Source: Gammaproteobacteria bacterium
GTDB lineage: Bacteria; Pseudomonadota; Gammaproteobacteria; QQUJ01
Direction of reading: 5' to 3'
Length of the DNA: 31,226 nucleotides
Assembly (NCBI GenBank): GCA_041629015.1
Contig: JBFKOE010000001.1
Span: 1-31,226 of the forward strand
The notes beneath the pieces were generated by a model. The model searched no databases. It was given only the letters and a program-made list of their open reading frames with translations, and was not told where the DNA came from. The translations under genes were made by a program, and so were the position numbers. This document shows, in pieces, positions 12,999 through 22,746 of this stretch. Numbering within the stretch: the stretch's first letter is position 1; every line of letters starts with the position of its first letter.

Positions 12999-13009
12999 TA
13001 TAGTATGAT
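12999..13009 (+). promoter_or_regulatory. candidate -10 region of the nuo operon promoter
   Basis: Overlapping TATAGT/TATGAT hexamers in the only AT-rich patch upstream of nuoA. The -35 is weak. Confidence 0.35.
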
Positions 13010-13053
13010 GCGGCGCCGAAACCGGGTGCGACGGCGTTGTGGAAGGGGCTGAA

Positions 13054-13410
13054 ATGCTAGAAAACTATCTGCCCGTTCTGATCTTCATGGCCTTGGCCAT
13101 CGGTATCGGCTCCGTGGCGATCGCCGCGGGTGCGATTCTCGGTCCTCGCCGTCCCGACCCGGACAAATTGTCCCCCTATGAGTGCGGATTCGAGGCGTTC
13201 GAAGACGCGCGGATGAAGTTCGACATCCGCTACTATCTCGTCGCCATTCTGTTCATCATCTTCGATCTCGAGATCGCGTTTCTCTTCCCCTGGGCGATCG
13301 TGCTGGACTCGATCGGCATGTTCGGTTACCTGGCGATGGTTGTTTTCCTCGGCATCCTGGTGGTCGGATTCATCTACGAATGGATGAAGGGCGCGCTGGA
13401 ATGGGAATGA
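13054..13410 (+). CDS. nuoA: NADH-quinone oxidoreductase subunit A
   Basis: [48 protein letters not shown] 13054 follows GGAAGGGG. Confidence 0.97.
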   Translation: MLENYLPVLIFMALAIGIGSVAIAAGAILGPRRPDPDKLSPYECGFEAFEDARMKFDIRYYLVAILFIIFDLEIAFLFPWAIVLDSIGMFGYLAMVVFLGILVVGFIYEWMKGALEWE

Positions 13411-13522
13411 TGTCAGCGTTCGTGCGGGCGCGGCCCGCTCGCGGCATTCCGTGCTCCAGGTGGCGCGGGCGGTCGGCGGCGGCTTCGCCGCTGGCGGCCT
13501 TCAAGCCTGAGAATCTGCGTCG

Positions 13523-13999
13523 ATGGGCATAGAAGGCATCCTCGAGAAGGGGCTGGTCACGACCAGCGCCGATAAGCTGATCAACTGGGCGCGAACCGGG
13601 TCGCTGTGGCCGATGACCTTCGGCCTCGCCTGCTGCGCGGTCGAGATGATGCAGGCCGGCGCATCGCGCTACGACCTCGATCGTTTCGGCGTGGTGTTCC
13701 GTCCCAGCCCGCGGCAGTCAGACGTCATGATCGTTGCCGGCACGCTGTGCAACAAGATGGCACCGGCGCTGCGCAAGGTGTACGACCAGATGTCGGAGCC
13801 CCGCTGGGTGATCTCGATGGGCTCCTGCGCCAATGGCGGCGGGTACTACCACTACTCGTACTCCGTGGTACGCGGTTGTGATCGCATAGTCCCGGTGGAT
13901 ATCTATATCCCGGGTTGTCCGCCCACCGCGGAGGCGCTGTTGTACGGGATCATCCAGTTGCAGAACAAGATCCGGCGTACCAACACCATTGCCCGCTGA
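13523..13999 (+). CDS. nuoB: NADH-quinone oxidoreductase subunit B
   Basis: GLACCAVEM tandem Cys (N2 ligands), [18 protein letters not shown]. Confidence 0.98.
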   Translation: MGIEGILEKGLVTTSADKLINWARTGSLWPMTFGLACCAVEMMQAGASRYDLDRFGVVFRPSPRQSDVMIVAGTLCNKMAPALRKVYDQMSEPRWVISMGSCANGGGYYHYSYSVVRGCDRIVPVDIYIPGCPPTAEALLYGIIQLQNKIRRTNTIAR

Positions 14000-14014
14000 A
14001 GGTGCCGACTAGAA

Positions 14015-14722
14015 ATGGCTGAGTCCACCCAAGCCTTGGCCGCGCTCGCGCGCGAGAAGCTCGCCGATCTCCCTGTGCAGGTCGAGCTGGCCTTTGGCGA
14101 GGTGACCCTGGAGGTCGAGCCCGAGGGGCTGCTCGAGCTGTGCGGGCGCCTGCGGGACGATCCTGCGTTCGGCTTTGGGGTGCTGATGGATTTGTGCGGC
14201 GTCGACTACCACGGCTACGGGCAAAGCGAGTGGAAGGCCGACACCTTCTCCGGAGGGGGTTTTAGCCGCGGGGCGGATCGCAGCAATCGCTTCCGCGACG
14301 CGCATGCCTATCGGCCCAGAGGCCGGTACGCGGTGGCGTCGCAGTTGCTGTCCATTAGCAACAACCAGCGCGTTCGGGTGAAGGCGTTCTGCGCCGATGA
14401 TGGTTACCCCAAGATCGATTCGGTGACCGCGATCTGGAACTCGGCGGGATGGTACGAGCGCGAGGCCTTCGATCTGTACGGAATCCTCTTCGAGGGCCAT
14501 CCGGATCTGCGTCGATTGCTGACCGACTACGGTTTCGTCGGGCACCCGTTCCGCAAGGACTTCCCGCTCAGCGGCCAGGTCGAGATGCGCTATGACCCGA
14601 TCAAGAGGCGGGTCGTCTACGAGCCCGTGCAGATCGAGCCGAGGGTCCTGGTCCCGCGCGTCATTCGCCACGACCACCGCTACCTCGGTGAAGGCAAGGC
14701 CCCGCCGAAGGCGGAAGGCTGA
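14015..14722 (+). CDS. nuoC: NADH-quinone oxidoreductase subunit C (stand-alone)
   Basis: [49 protein letters not shown]. Confidence 0.96.
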   Translation: MAESTQALAALAREKLADLPVQVELAFGEVTLEVEPEGLLELCGRLRDDPAFGFGVLMDLCGVDYHGYGQSEWKADTFSGGGFSRGADRSNRFRDAHAYRPRGRYAVASQLLSISNNQRVRVKAFCADDGYPKIDSVTAIWNSAGWYEREAFDLYGILFEGHPDLRRLLTDYGFVGHPFRKDFPLSGQVEMRYDPIKRRVVYEPVQIEPRVLVPRVIRHDHRYLGEGKAPPKAEG

Positions 14723-14750
14723 TTCCCTGGCGGCTGGCGGGAAGCGAGCA

Positions 14751-16004
14751 ATGGCGGAAATCCGCAACTACACGGTGAACTTTGGCCCGCAGCACCCGGC
14801 GGCGCACGGCGTGCTGCGCCTGGTGCTGGAGATGGACGGGGAGGTCATCCAGCGGGCAGATCCGCACATCGGCCTGCTTCACCGTGCAACCGAGAAGCTC
14901 GCGGAAAGCAAGCCATTCAATCAAACCGTGCCCTACATGGACCGTCTCGACTACGTGTCGATGATGTGCAACGAGCACGCCTACGTCATGGCGATCGAAC
15001 GCTTGCTCGGCGTTGAAGTGCCCCTGCGGGCGCAGTACATCCGAGTGATGTTCGACGAGATTACCCGCATCCTGAACCACCTGATGTGGATCGGCGCGCA
15101 CGGCCTCGACATCGGGGCGATGACCGTGTTTCTGTACGCTTTTCGAGAGCGCGAGGATCTCATCGACTGCTATGAAGCGGTGTCCGGCGCACGCATGCAC
15201 GCCGCCTATTACCGTCCTGGCGGCGTCTATCGGGACCTGCCGGCGGAGATGCCGGCCTACGAGGCCTCCAAGTGGCACAACGAGCGCGAGGTTGCCCGGC
15301 TGAACGAGAATCGCCAGGGCTCGCTGTTGGATTTCCTCGAGGACTTCACCAAGCGCTTCCCGGCATGTGTCGACGATTACGAGACGCTGCTCACCGAGAA
15401 CCGCATCTGGAAGCAACGCACGGTTGGCATCGGTGTCGTTGAGCCCGAGCGGGCGCTGCAACTCGGTTTCTCGGGGCCCATGCTGAGAGGGTCCGGGATC
15501 GAGTGGGATCTGCGCAAGAAACAGCCCTACGAGGTCTACGATCGGGTCGATTTCGACATCCCCGTCGGCGTGAACGGGGATTGCTACGACCGCTACCTCG
15601 TGCGCATGGAGGAAATGCGCCAATCGAACCACATCATCGTCCAGTGTCTGCAGTGGCTGCGCGAAAATCCGGGCCCCGTCATGGTCGACGACCACAAATT
15701 TGCGGCTCCCACGCGCGAAGCGATGAAGGGCGACATGGAGTCGCTGATTCATCACTTCAAGCTGTTCACCGAGGGCTACTGCGTGCCGGAGGGGGAGGTG
15801 TATGCCGCGATCGAGCACCCGAAGGGAGAGTTCGGGATCTACCTCGTCTCCGATGGGGCCAACAAGCCTTTCCGGTTGAAGATACGCGCGCCGGGGTTCG
15901 CGCATCTTTCCGCGATGGACGAGATGGTTCGGGGGCACATGCTCGCCGACGTGGTGGCGGTGATCGGAACCCAGGATATCGTGTTCGGGGAGATCGACCG
16001 GTGA
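14751..16004 (+). CDS. nuoD: NADH-quinone oxidoreductase subunit D
   Basis: [44 protein letters not shown] end. Confidence 0.98.
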   Translation: MAEIRNYTVNFGPQHPAAHGVLRLVLEMDGEVIQRADPHIGLLHRATEKLAESKPFNQTVPYMDRLDYVSMMCNEHAYVMAIERLLGVEVPLRAQYIRVMFDEITRILNHLMWIGAHGLDIGAMTVFLYAFREREDLIDCYEAVSGARMHAAYYRPGGVYRDLPAEMPAYEASKWHNEREVARLNENRQGSLLDFLEDFTKRFPACVDDYETLLTENRIWKQRTVGIGVVEPERALQLGFSGPMLRGSGIEWDLRKKQPYEVYDRVDFDIPVGVNGDCYDRYLVRMEEMRQSNHIIVQCLQWLRENPGPVMVDDHKFAAPTREAMKGDMESLIHHFKLFTEGYCVPEGEVYAAIEHPKGEFGIYLVSDGANKPFRLKIRAPGFAHLSAMDEMVRGHMLADVVAVIGTQDIVFGEIDR

Positions 16005-16498
16005 GTCATACCAGTAGCGCCGAGCTTCTAAGCGCCGAGTCGCGCAGTGAAATCGACGGCTGGATAGCTAAGTATCCGCCCGACCAGATGCAGTCCGCGG
16101 TCATGGCCGCACTGCGTATCGCGCAGGACCAGAATGGCGGCTGGCTCACCCAGGAACTCATGGATGCGGTGGCCGAGTACCTGAGCATGCCCAGCATCGC
16201 GGTTTACGAGGTGGCAACCTTCTACTCGATGTATGAGCTGAAGCCGGTGGGTCGGCACAAGATCTGCGTCTGCACCAACATCTCGTGCATGCTGCGCGGA
16301 TCCGACGAGATCGTGAACCGCCTCGAGGGGCGGCTCGGCATCAAGCTCGGGCAAACCACGGAAGATGGCCGCTACACCCTCAAGGAAGTGGAGTGCCTGG
16401 GCGCCTGCGCGAATGCGCCGGTGGTTCAGATCGGTCGTGACTATCACGAGGATCTGACCGCCGAGCGGGTCGATGCGGTGGTGGATGGTTTGGAGTGA
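16001..16498 (+). CDS. nuoE: NADH-quinone oxidoreductase subunit E
   Basis: GTGA overlap with the nuoD stop; [15 protein letters not shown] and ECLGAC (N1a ligands). Confidence 0.96.
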   Translation: MSHTSSAELLSAESRSEIDGWIAKYPPDQMQSAVMAALRIAQDQNGGWLTQELMDAVAEYLSMPSIAVYEVATFYSMYELKPVGRHKICVCTNISCMLRGSDEIVNRLEGRLGIKLGQTTEDGRYTLKEVECLGACANAPVVQIGRDYHEDLTAERVDAVVDGLE

Positions 16499-16502
16499 CC
16501 GC

Positions 16503-17777
16503 ATGGCTAACGAGATCTGTTTCCGAACCCGTCACCTGAACAACCCTGCTGCGCTGGAGACCTATCGCAGCGTCGGCGGATACGAGGTGATCGGCAAGAT
16601 CCTCGGCGAGGGAATTCCTGCCGAACGCATCATCGACGAACTTAAGAAATCCGCGCTTCGCGGGCGAGGCGGCGCCGGATTTCCGACCGGCCTGAAATGG
16701 AGTTTCATGCCCCGCAACCTTCCGGGGCAGAAATACATCGTTTGCAACTCGGATGAGGGCGAGCCGGGCACTTGCAAGGACCGCGACATCCTGCGTTTCA
16801 ATTCGCACCAGTTGATCGAGGGAATGATCATCGGCGGATACGCGATCGGTGCAAGCGTGGGCTACAACTACATACGCGGCGAGTTCTGGGAGCCGTACGA
16901 ATGCTTCGAGAAGGCGCTGGAGGAGGCGCGCGCGGCGGGCTACCTGGGTAAGAACATCCTCGGCTCCGGCTTTGACTTTGATATCTTCACCCACCTCGGT
17001 GCCGGTGCGTACATCTGCGGCGAGGAAACGGCCTTGCTCGAGTCCATCGAGGGCAAGAAAGGGCAACCTCGGTTCAAGCCGCCATTTCCCGCCAACTATG
17101 GGCTCTACGGGCGGCCGACGACCATCAACAACACCGAATCCCTGGCCTCGGTCCCCGTGATCCTGCAGAACAGCGGAGAGTGGTTTCTCAATCTCGGCAA
17201 GCCGAACAACGGTGGCTCGAAGCTCTTCAGCGTTACCGGCCACGTCGGCAATCCAGGGAACTTCGAGATACCGATGGGCACTCCTTTCGCGGATCTGCTG
17301 GAAATGGCGGGCGGCGTGTGGAAGGGCCGAAAACTGAAGGCGGTGATACCCGGCGGTTCCTCGACGCCCGTGGTCCCGGGAGAGGTCATGATGGGCCTAA
17401 CCATGGACTACGATTCCATCTCCAGCGCCGGCTCGATGCTGGGGGCGGGGTCGGTGATCGTGATGGACGAGAGGACCTGCATGGTGCGGGCGCTGGCGCG
17501 GCTTTCGCACTTCTACTTCGAGGAATCGTGCGGCCAGTGCACTCCGTGCCGCGAGGGCACGGGGTGGCTGGCCCGCATGGTGCACCGGATCGAGCATGGG
17601 CAGGGCCGGGAGGAGGATCTGACGCAGCTCAATAGCGTGGCCGGCAACATCATGGGGCGAACGATCTGTGCGCTCGGCGATGCGGCGGCGATGCCGGTGC
17701 AGAGTTTCCTCAAGCACTATCGCGAAGAATTCGAGTACCACGTGGCGCACAAGCGCTGCATGGTCGGCGCGGCCTGA
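16503..17777 (+). CDS. nuoF: NADH-quinone oxidoreductase subunit F
   Basis: [46 protein letters not shown]...ICALG (N3 ligands). Confidence 0.98.
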   Translation: MANEICFRTRHLNNPAALETYRSVGGYEVIGKILGEGIPAERIIDELKKSALRGRGGAGFPTGLKWSFMPRNLPGQKYIVCNSDEGEPGTCKDRDILRFNSHQLIEGMIIGGYAIGASVGYNYIRGEFWEPYECFEKALEEARAAGYLGKNILGSGFDFDIFTHLGAGAYICGEETALLESIEGKKGQPRFKPPFPANYGLYGRPTTINNTESLASVPVILQNSGEWFLNLGKPNNGGSKLFSVTGHVGNPGNFEIPMGTPFADLLEMAGGVWKGRKLKAVIPGGSSTPVVPGEVMMGLTMDYDSISSAGSMLGAGSVIVMDERTCMVRALARLSHFYFEESCGQCTPCREGTGWLARMVHRIEHGQGREEDLTQLNSVAGNIMGRTICALGDAAAMPVQSFLKHYREEFEYHVAHKRCMVGAA

Positions 17778-17823
17778 AGAAGTCAAGAGTCGAGGCCGGT
17801 CTGGTGAGATTGGGCGGGACAAG

Positions 17824-20172
17824 ATGGTAAAGGTTGAGATCAACGGCATCACGGTCGAGGCCCGCGAAGGCTCGATGGTCATCGAGGCCGCCGACCAGGC
17901 GGGTATCGCGATCCCGCGGTTCTGCTATCACAAGAAGCTTTCGATCGCGGCCAACTGCCGGATGTGCCTGGTCGAGGTCGAGCGCGCGCCCAAGCCGTTG
18001 CCCGCATGCGCGACGCCGGTGACCGAGGGGATGAAGGTCTACACGGACTCGCCCAAGGCGATCGCCGCGCAGAAGAGCGTGATGGAGTTCCTGCTGATCA
18101 ACCACCCGCTCGATTGCCCGATCTGTGACCAGGGTGGCGAGTGCGAGTTGCAGGACCTCGCCATGGGGTATGGCAGCGACGTGTCGCGGTACACGGAAGC
18201 GAAGCGGGTGGTGCCGGACAAGTTCATCGGCCCACTGATCTCGACCGACATGACGCGCTGCATCCATTGCACGCGCTGCGTTCGGTTCGGCGCCGAAGTG
18301 GCGGGTATCCGCGAGCTCGGAGCCACGGGCCGCGGCGAGCACATGAGCATCGGCACCTATATCGAGCGCTCGGTCGATTCGGAGCTTTCGGGCAACGTCA
18401 TCGATCTCTGCCCGGTGGGGGCACTCAATTCCAAGCCGTTCCGCTTCCAGGGTCGGGGCTGGGAGCTCACCCAGCACAGCGCGGTGGCCCCGCATGACGC
18501 GGTGGGCAGCAACATCTATATCCATACGCGGCGCGGCCAGGTGATGAGGGTCGTGCCCCGCGACAACGAAGAGATCAATGAATGCTGGTTGTCCGACCGC
18601 GACCGCTTCAGTTACCTGGGTGTGACCAGCGCGGAGCGGCTGACCGAGCCGCGGATCAAGCAGGGAGGTGAGTGGCGGGATGCGAACTGGGAAGAGGCGC
18701 TGGCTCAAGCGGCACGCCGACTGCAGGAGATTGCGCCGGAACAGCGTGGATTCCTGGCCAGCGCTTCTTCGACCTTGGAAGAGTTGTTCTTGCTGCAGAA
18801 GCTGGCGCGCACGGGTGGCTGCGGCAACATCGATCATCGGCTGCGCGAGGTCGACTTCCGTGATCAGGACCTCGCCCCGTCGTATCCCGGCCTGGGTTGT
18901 TCCGTCGCCGATCTCGAGTCGCGCGACGCGTTTCTCCTGATCGGCTCGCAGGTCAACAAGGAAGCTCCCATACTCGGCCACCGGATCCGCAAGGCGGCGA
19001 TGAACGGGGCCCGCGTGCACGCGATTAACCCGGTCAATTTCGCGTTCAGTTTCCCGCTGCAGGGGCGCCTGCTCGGGTCGCCGGAACGCATGATCGCCGA
19101 CCTGGCGGCGGTGTGCCTGGCGCTAGGCGTGAAGGATGAGGCAGTAGCGAAGTTGGCGGCCGATTTGGAGGTCGAAGCCACTCACCGCGCCATCGCCGAG
19201 AGCCTCAAGGGGGCCGAGCATGGGCAGATCGTCCTCGGACTGGTCGCAGCCGCGCACCCGGACGCGGCGGTTCTCCGCGCGCTGGCGCGACGCATCGCGG
19301 CCGCCACCGACTGCGTCTGCGCGGAACTGACCCACGGCGCGAACGCCGCCGGCGCCTGGCTGGCGGGATGCCTGCCCCATCGTGGTCCTGGCGGCGGCGC
19401 GGCGCCGAGCACCGGCCTGAATGCCGGGCAGATGTTCGAGCAGCCACTGCCGGCCTATGTGCTGCTCGGGGTGGAGCCCGACCGCGACTGCGACAATCCG
19501 GCGCGGGCGCTCGCGGCTCTCGGCGAGGCGCGGCTGGTGGTGGCCCTGAACGCCTACCGCTGCGCGGCGCTCGAGTCCGTCGCCGACATCCTGCTGCCGA
19601 TTTCCACCTTTGCCGAGACTTCCGGCACCTTCGTCAACCTGGAGGGCCGCTGGCAGGGATTCAGCGGCGCGGCCACGCCGCCAGGCGCGGCGCGGCCGGC
19701 GTGGAAGGTGCTGCGGGTGCTCGGCAACCTCAGCGGTGCGGAAGGCTTCGAGCACCGGTCTTCGGAAGAGGTGGTCGAGGAGCTGCGCGCCCAGATCGGC
19801 GACGAGCCGCGGGACCGCGCCGCCGGCGAGGGCGCAATACCGGTGCCGAGCTATCGCAGCAACGGATCGCTCTCGCGCGTCGGGGACGTCCCAATCTATG
19901 CCGCCGACCCCGTGGTCAGACGCTCCGGAGCTCTGCAGGCAACGCGTGACGCCGAGCGGGCCGAGATCCGGGTGCACCCCGCGATCCTGGAGGAAAAGGG
20001 TCTGACGGGGGCCGCGCGCGCCACGGTAGTGCAGGGCGGAAGCAGCGCGACGCTCGCGCTGGTGGCTGACGATCGGGTGGCGCCGGGTGTGGTCTGGCTC
20101 GCCGCGGGGATCGCCGAGACGGCCGGCCTGGGTCCGGCAATCGGACCGGTTGACTTGAGGGCGGAGCAGTGA
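17824..20172 (+). CDS. nuoG: NADH-quinone oxidoreductase subunit G
   Basis: CYHKKLSIAANCRMC (N1b), NHPLDCPICDQGGEC (N5), CIHCTRCVRF...CPVGAL (N4), molybdopterin-oxidoreductase-like C-terminal part. Confidence 0.97.
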   Translation: MVKVEINGITVEAREGSMVIEAADQAGIAIPRFCYHKKLSIAANCRMCLVEVERAPKPLPACATPVTEGMKVYTDSPKAIAAQKSVMEFLLINHPLDCPICDQGGECELQDLAMGYGSDVSRYTEAKRVVPDKFIGPLISTDMTRCIHCTRCVRFGAEVAGIRELGATGRGEHMSIGTYIERSVDSELSGNVIDLCPVGALNSKPFRFQGRGWELTQHSAVAPHDAVGSNIYIHTRRGQVMRVVPRDNEEINECWLSDRDRFSYLGVTSAERLTEPRIKQGGEWRDANWEEALAQAARRLQEIAPEQRGFLASASSTLEELFLLQKLARTGGCGNIDHRLREVDFRDQDLAPSYPGLGCSVADLESRDAFLLIGSQVNKEAPILGHRIRKAAMNGARVHAINPVNFAFSFPLQGRLLGSPERMIADLAAVCLALGVKDEAVAKLAADLEVEATHRAIAESLKGAEHGQIVLGLVAAAHPDAAVLRALARRIAAATDCVCAELTHGANAAGAWLAGCLPHRGPGGGAAPSTGLNAGQMFEQPLPAYVLLGVEPDRDCDNPARALAALGEARLVVALNAYRCAALESVADILLPISTFAETSGTFVNLEGRWQGFSGAATPPGAARPAWKVLRVLGNLSGAEGFEHRSSEEVVEELRAQIGDEPRDRAAGEGAIPVPSYRSNGSLSRVGDVPIYAADPVVRRSGALQATRDAERAEIRVHPAILEEKGLTGAARATVVQGGSSATLALVADDRVAPGVVWLAAGIAETAGLGPAIGPVDLRAEQ

Positions 20173-20210
20173 CGGCCCGTGCCGACAGAACCGGCCTCGG
20201 AGGGTAGGGC

Positions 20211-21257
20211 GTGACGCTCGCGGATCTCAATTATCTGGTGATCACGATTGCCAAGATACTGGCCGTGGTCCTGCCGCTCATGGGAGCGGTGGCCTACCTG
20301 ACGCTTGCGGAGCGCAAGGTGATCGGCTACATCCAGAGCCGCATCGGCCCGAACCGGGTCGGGCCTCGAGGGTTGCTGCAGCCGATCGCCGACGCGGTGA
20401 AGCTCGCCTTCAAAGAGGTCATCGTTCCGAGCAACGCCAACCGCTTTCTGTTCGTGATCGCGCCCGTGCTCTCGATCGCGCCGTCGCTGGCGGCCTGGGC
20501 GGTGATCCCCTTCGACGACAACATGGTCATCGCCGACATCAATGCCGGCCTGCTCTACATCCTGGCCTTGACCTCGCTGGAGGCTTACGGGGTGCTGCTC
20601 GCCGGCTGGGCCTCCAATTCGAAGTACGCGATTCTGGGCGCGATGCGCTCCGGGGCTCAGATGGTGGCCTACGAGATCGCGATGGGCTTTGCGCTCGTGG
20701 GCGTGCTGCTGGCCGCGCAGAGTTTGAATCTGCGGGAGATCGTCCTGGCGCAGCAGGGGAGCGTGCTGCACTGGTTCTGGCTTCCGCTGTTGCCGCTGTT
20801 TGCGATCTATTTTATTTCCGGTGTCGCCGAGACCAACCGGGCGCCGTTTGATGTGGCGGAGGGGGAGTCGGAGATCGTGGCCGGCTTCCACGTCGAGTAC
20901 TCGGGCATGGCGTTCGCGGTCTTCTTCCTGGCCGAGTACGCGAACATGATCCTGATCTCGGCGCTCGCGGCCCTGATGTTCTTCGGTGGCTGGCTCTCGC
21001 CCTTCGAAGGCATCCTGCCGCAGTCCGTGTTTGCGTTGCCCGTCATCGGGCTGCTTCTGGGGCACGGAGTGCATTGGCTGCTGGCCAAGACCTGCATCTT
21101 CCTGTTCTGCTATCTGTGGTTCCGCGCGACATTCCCGCGCTACCGCTACGACCAGATAATGCGACTCGGCTGGAAGGTGTTCATCCCGATCACCATCGTC
21201 TGGCTCCTGGTCGTCGGGCTTGGAGTCGTCGTCGACCTGCCGCCGTGGTTCGACTGA
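20211..21257 (+). CDS. nuoH: NADH-quinone oxidoreductase subunit H
   Basis: [50 protein letters not shown]. Confidence 0.98.
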   Translation: MTLADLNYLVITIAKILAVVLPLMGAVAYLTLAERKVIGYIQSRIGPNRVGPRGLLQPIADAVKLAFKEVIVPSNANRFLFVIAPVLSIAPSLAAWAVIPFDDNMVIADINAGLLYILALTSLEAYGVLLAGWASNSKYAILGAMRSGAQMVAYEIAMGFALVGVLLAAQSLNLREIVLAQQGSVLHWFWLPLLPLFAIYFISGVAETNRAPFDVAEGESEIVAGFHVEYSGMAFAVFFLAEYANMILISALAALMFFGGWLSPFEGILPQSVFALPVIGLLLGHGVHWLLAKTCIFLFCYLWFRATFPRYRYDQIMRLGWKVFIPITIVWLLVVGLGVVVDLPPWFD

Positions 21258-21267
21258 CGGTAACGCC

Positions 21268-21756
21268 ATGAACAAACTGACCAATTACATCAAGCGCCTG
21301 TTCATGTGGGAACTCATGCTCGGCATGTACCTCACCGGGCGCCACCTGTTCAGGCGTAAGGTCACCGTCCAGTTCCCCGAGGAACGCACACCGCAGTCCT
21401 ACCGCTTCCGTGGCCTGCATGCCCTTCGCCGCTATCCGAACGGCGAGGAGCGCTGCATAGCCTGCAAGCTGTGCGAGGCGGTATGCCCCGCGCTGGCGAT
21501 AACGATCGAAGCGGAGCCTCGTGACGATGGCAGCAGGCGCACCACCCGCTACGATATCGATCTGTTCAAGTGCATCTACTGCGGGTTTTGCGAGGAGGCC
21601 TGCCCCGTGGACGCCATCGTGGAGACCCGGATCTTCGACTATCACTTCGAGAGACGCGGCGAGCAGGTCATGACCAAGGAGAAACTGCTTGCGATCGGTG
21701 ACAAGTTCGAGGCCCAGATCGCGGCGGACAGGACCGCTGACGCGGCCTATCGATAG
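21268..21756 (+). CDS. nuoI: NADH-quinone oxidoreductase subunit I
   Basis: Two ferredoxin motifs, [12 protein letters not shown] and [12 protein letters not shown]. Confidence 0.98.
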   Translation: MNKLTNYIKRLFMWELMLGMYLTGRHLFRRKVTVQFPEERTPQSYRFRGLHALRRYPNGEERCIACKLCEAVCPALAITIEAEPRDDGSRRTTRYDIDLFKCIYCGFCEEACPVDAIVETRIFDYHFERRGEQVMTKEKLLAIGDKFEAQIAADRTADAAYR

Positions 21757-21797
21757 GCCTCGCGCAGCCGTGAGTCGAGAAGAGAAACGGAATACCC

Positions 21798-22403
21798 ATG
21801 AGCATTGAGCTGGCAATCTTTGCGGTGTTTGCGACGGTGCTGGTGCTGTCGGCGATCTGCGTGATCACGGTCCGCAACCCGGTCCACGCCGCGCTGTTCC
21901 TGGTCCTGTGCTTCTTCACCTCCGCGGCGATCTGGTTGCTGGCGGAAGCCGAGTTCCTGGCGATTGCGCTGGTACTGGTCTACGTCGGAGCGGTCATGGT
22001 GCTGTTCCTGTTCGTGATCATGATGCTCGACATCAACCTGGACAAGCTGCGCGAAGGGTTTGCACGTTACCTTCCGGTCGGGCTCCTCGTTGCGGTGGTG
22101 ATGGCCGTCGAGATGGCGCTGGTGGTCGGCGCCAAGCATTTTGGCGCCGCGGAGATGGCGGCGCCCCTGCGACACGGCGCCGATTACAGCAACACCAAAG
22201 AACTTGGCATGGTGCTGTACACGGACTATTTCTACCCGTTCGAGATAGCGGCGGTGATTCTCCTCATTGCCATCGTGGCGGCGATCGCGTTGACGCTCCG
22301 CCGCCGCCCCGGGACGCGACACCAGGACCCGGCAAAGCAGGTGGTGGTGAGGCGCTCGGAGCGCGTGCGCCTAGTCAAGATGCCCGCGGAGCGCAAGAGC
22401 TAG
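21798..22403 (+). CDS. nuoJ: NADH-quinone oxidoreductase subunit J
   Basis: [42 protein letters not shown]. Confidence 0.97.
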   Translation: MSIELAIFAVFATVLVLSAICVITVRNPVHAALFLVLCFFTSAAIWLLAEAEFLAIALVLVYVGAVMVLFLFVIMMLDINLDKLREGFARYLPVGLLVAVVMAVEMALVVGAKHFGAAEMAAPLRHGADYSNTKELGMVLYTDYFYPFEIAAVILLIAIVAAIALTLRRRPGTRHQDPAKQVVVRRSERVRLVKMPAERKS

Positions 22404-22437
22404 GTGGGCGGATCAAGGCGATGTTTGGAAAACTCAC

Positions 22438-22743
22438 ATGATTGAGCTTTCTCACTACCTTTCGCTGGGGGCCATTCTCTTCGCGCTCAGCGTGGCGGGG
22501 ATCTTCCTCAACCGCAAGAATGTCCTCATCCTGCTGATGGCGATCGAGCTCATGTTGCTGGCGGTGAACATGAATTTCATCGCCTTCTCGCATTTCCACG
22601 GGGACATTGCCGGGCAGGTCTTCGTGTTCTTCATACTCACGGTGGCGGCGGCGGAGGCGTCAATCGGCCTGGCAATATTGGTGGTGCTGTTCCGTAACCG
22701 GCGCACCATCAACGTCACCGACCTGGACACCATGAAGGGCTAG
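22438..22743 (+). CDS. nuoK: NADH-quinone oxidoreductase subunit K
   Basis: [24 protein letters not shown]. Confidence 0.97.
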   Translation: MIELSHYLSLGAILFALSVAGIFLNRKNVLILLMAIELMLLAVNMNFIAFSHFHGDIAGQVFVFFILTVAAAEASIGLAILVVLFRNRRTINVTDLDTMKG

Positions 22744-22746
22744 GCG

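Noticed and set aside
12782-13003. 73-aa Arg/Pro-rich ORF after tRNA-Leu
   Set aside because: Low-complexity translation of GC-rich spacer with no SD and no recognisable domain.
13401-13999. Programmed frameshift fusing the spacer ORF to NuoB
   Set aside because: The NuoB frame has TGA at 13508-13510, I see no slippery heptamer in 13511-13532, and NuoB is complete from its own MGIEG start.
22421-22441. Six-codon ORF MFGKLT whose TGA overlaps the nuoK ATG
   Set aside because: Too short to distinguish from chance, and nuoK has its own GGA-type RBS in the same bases.
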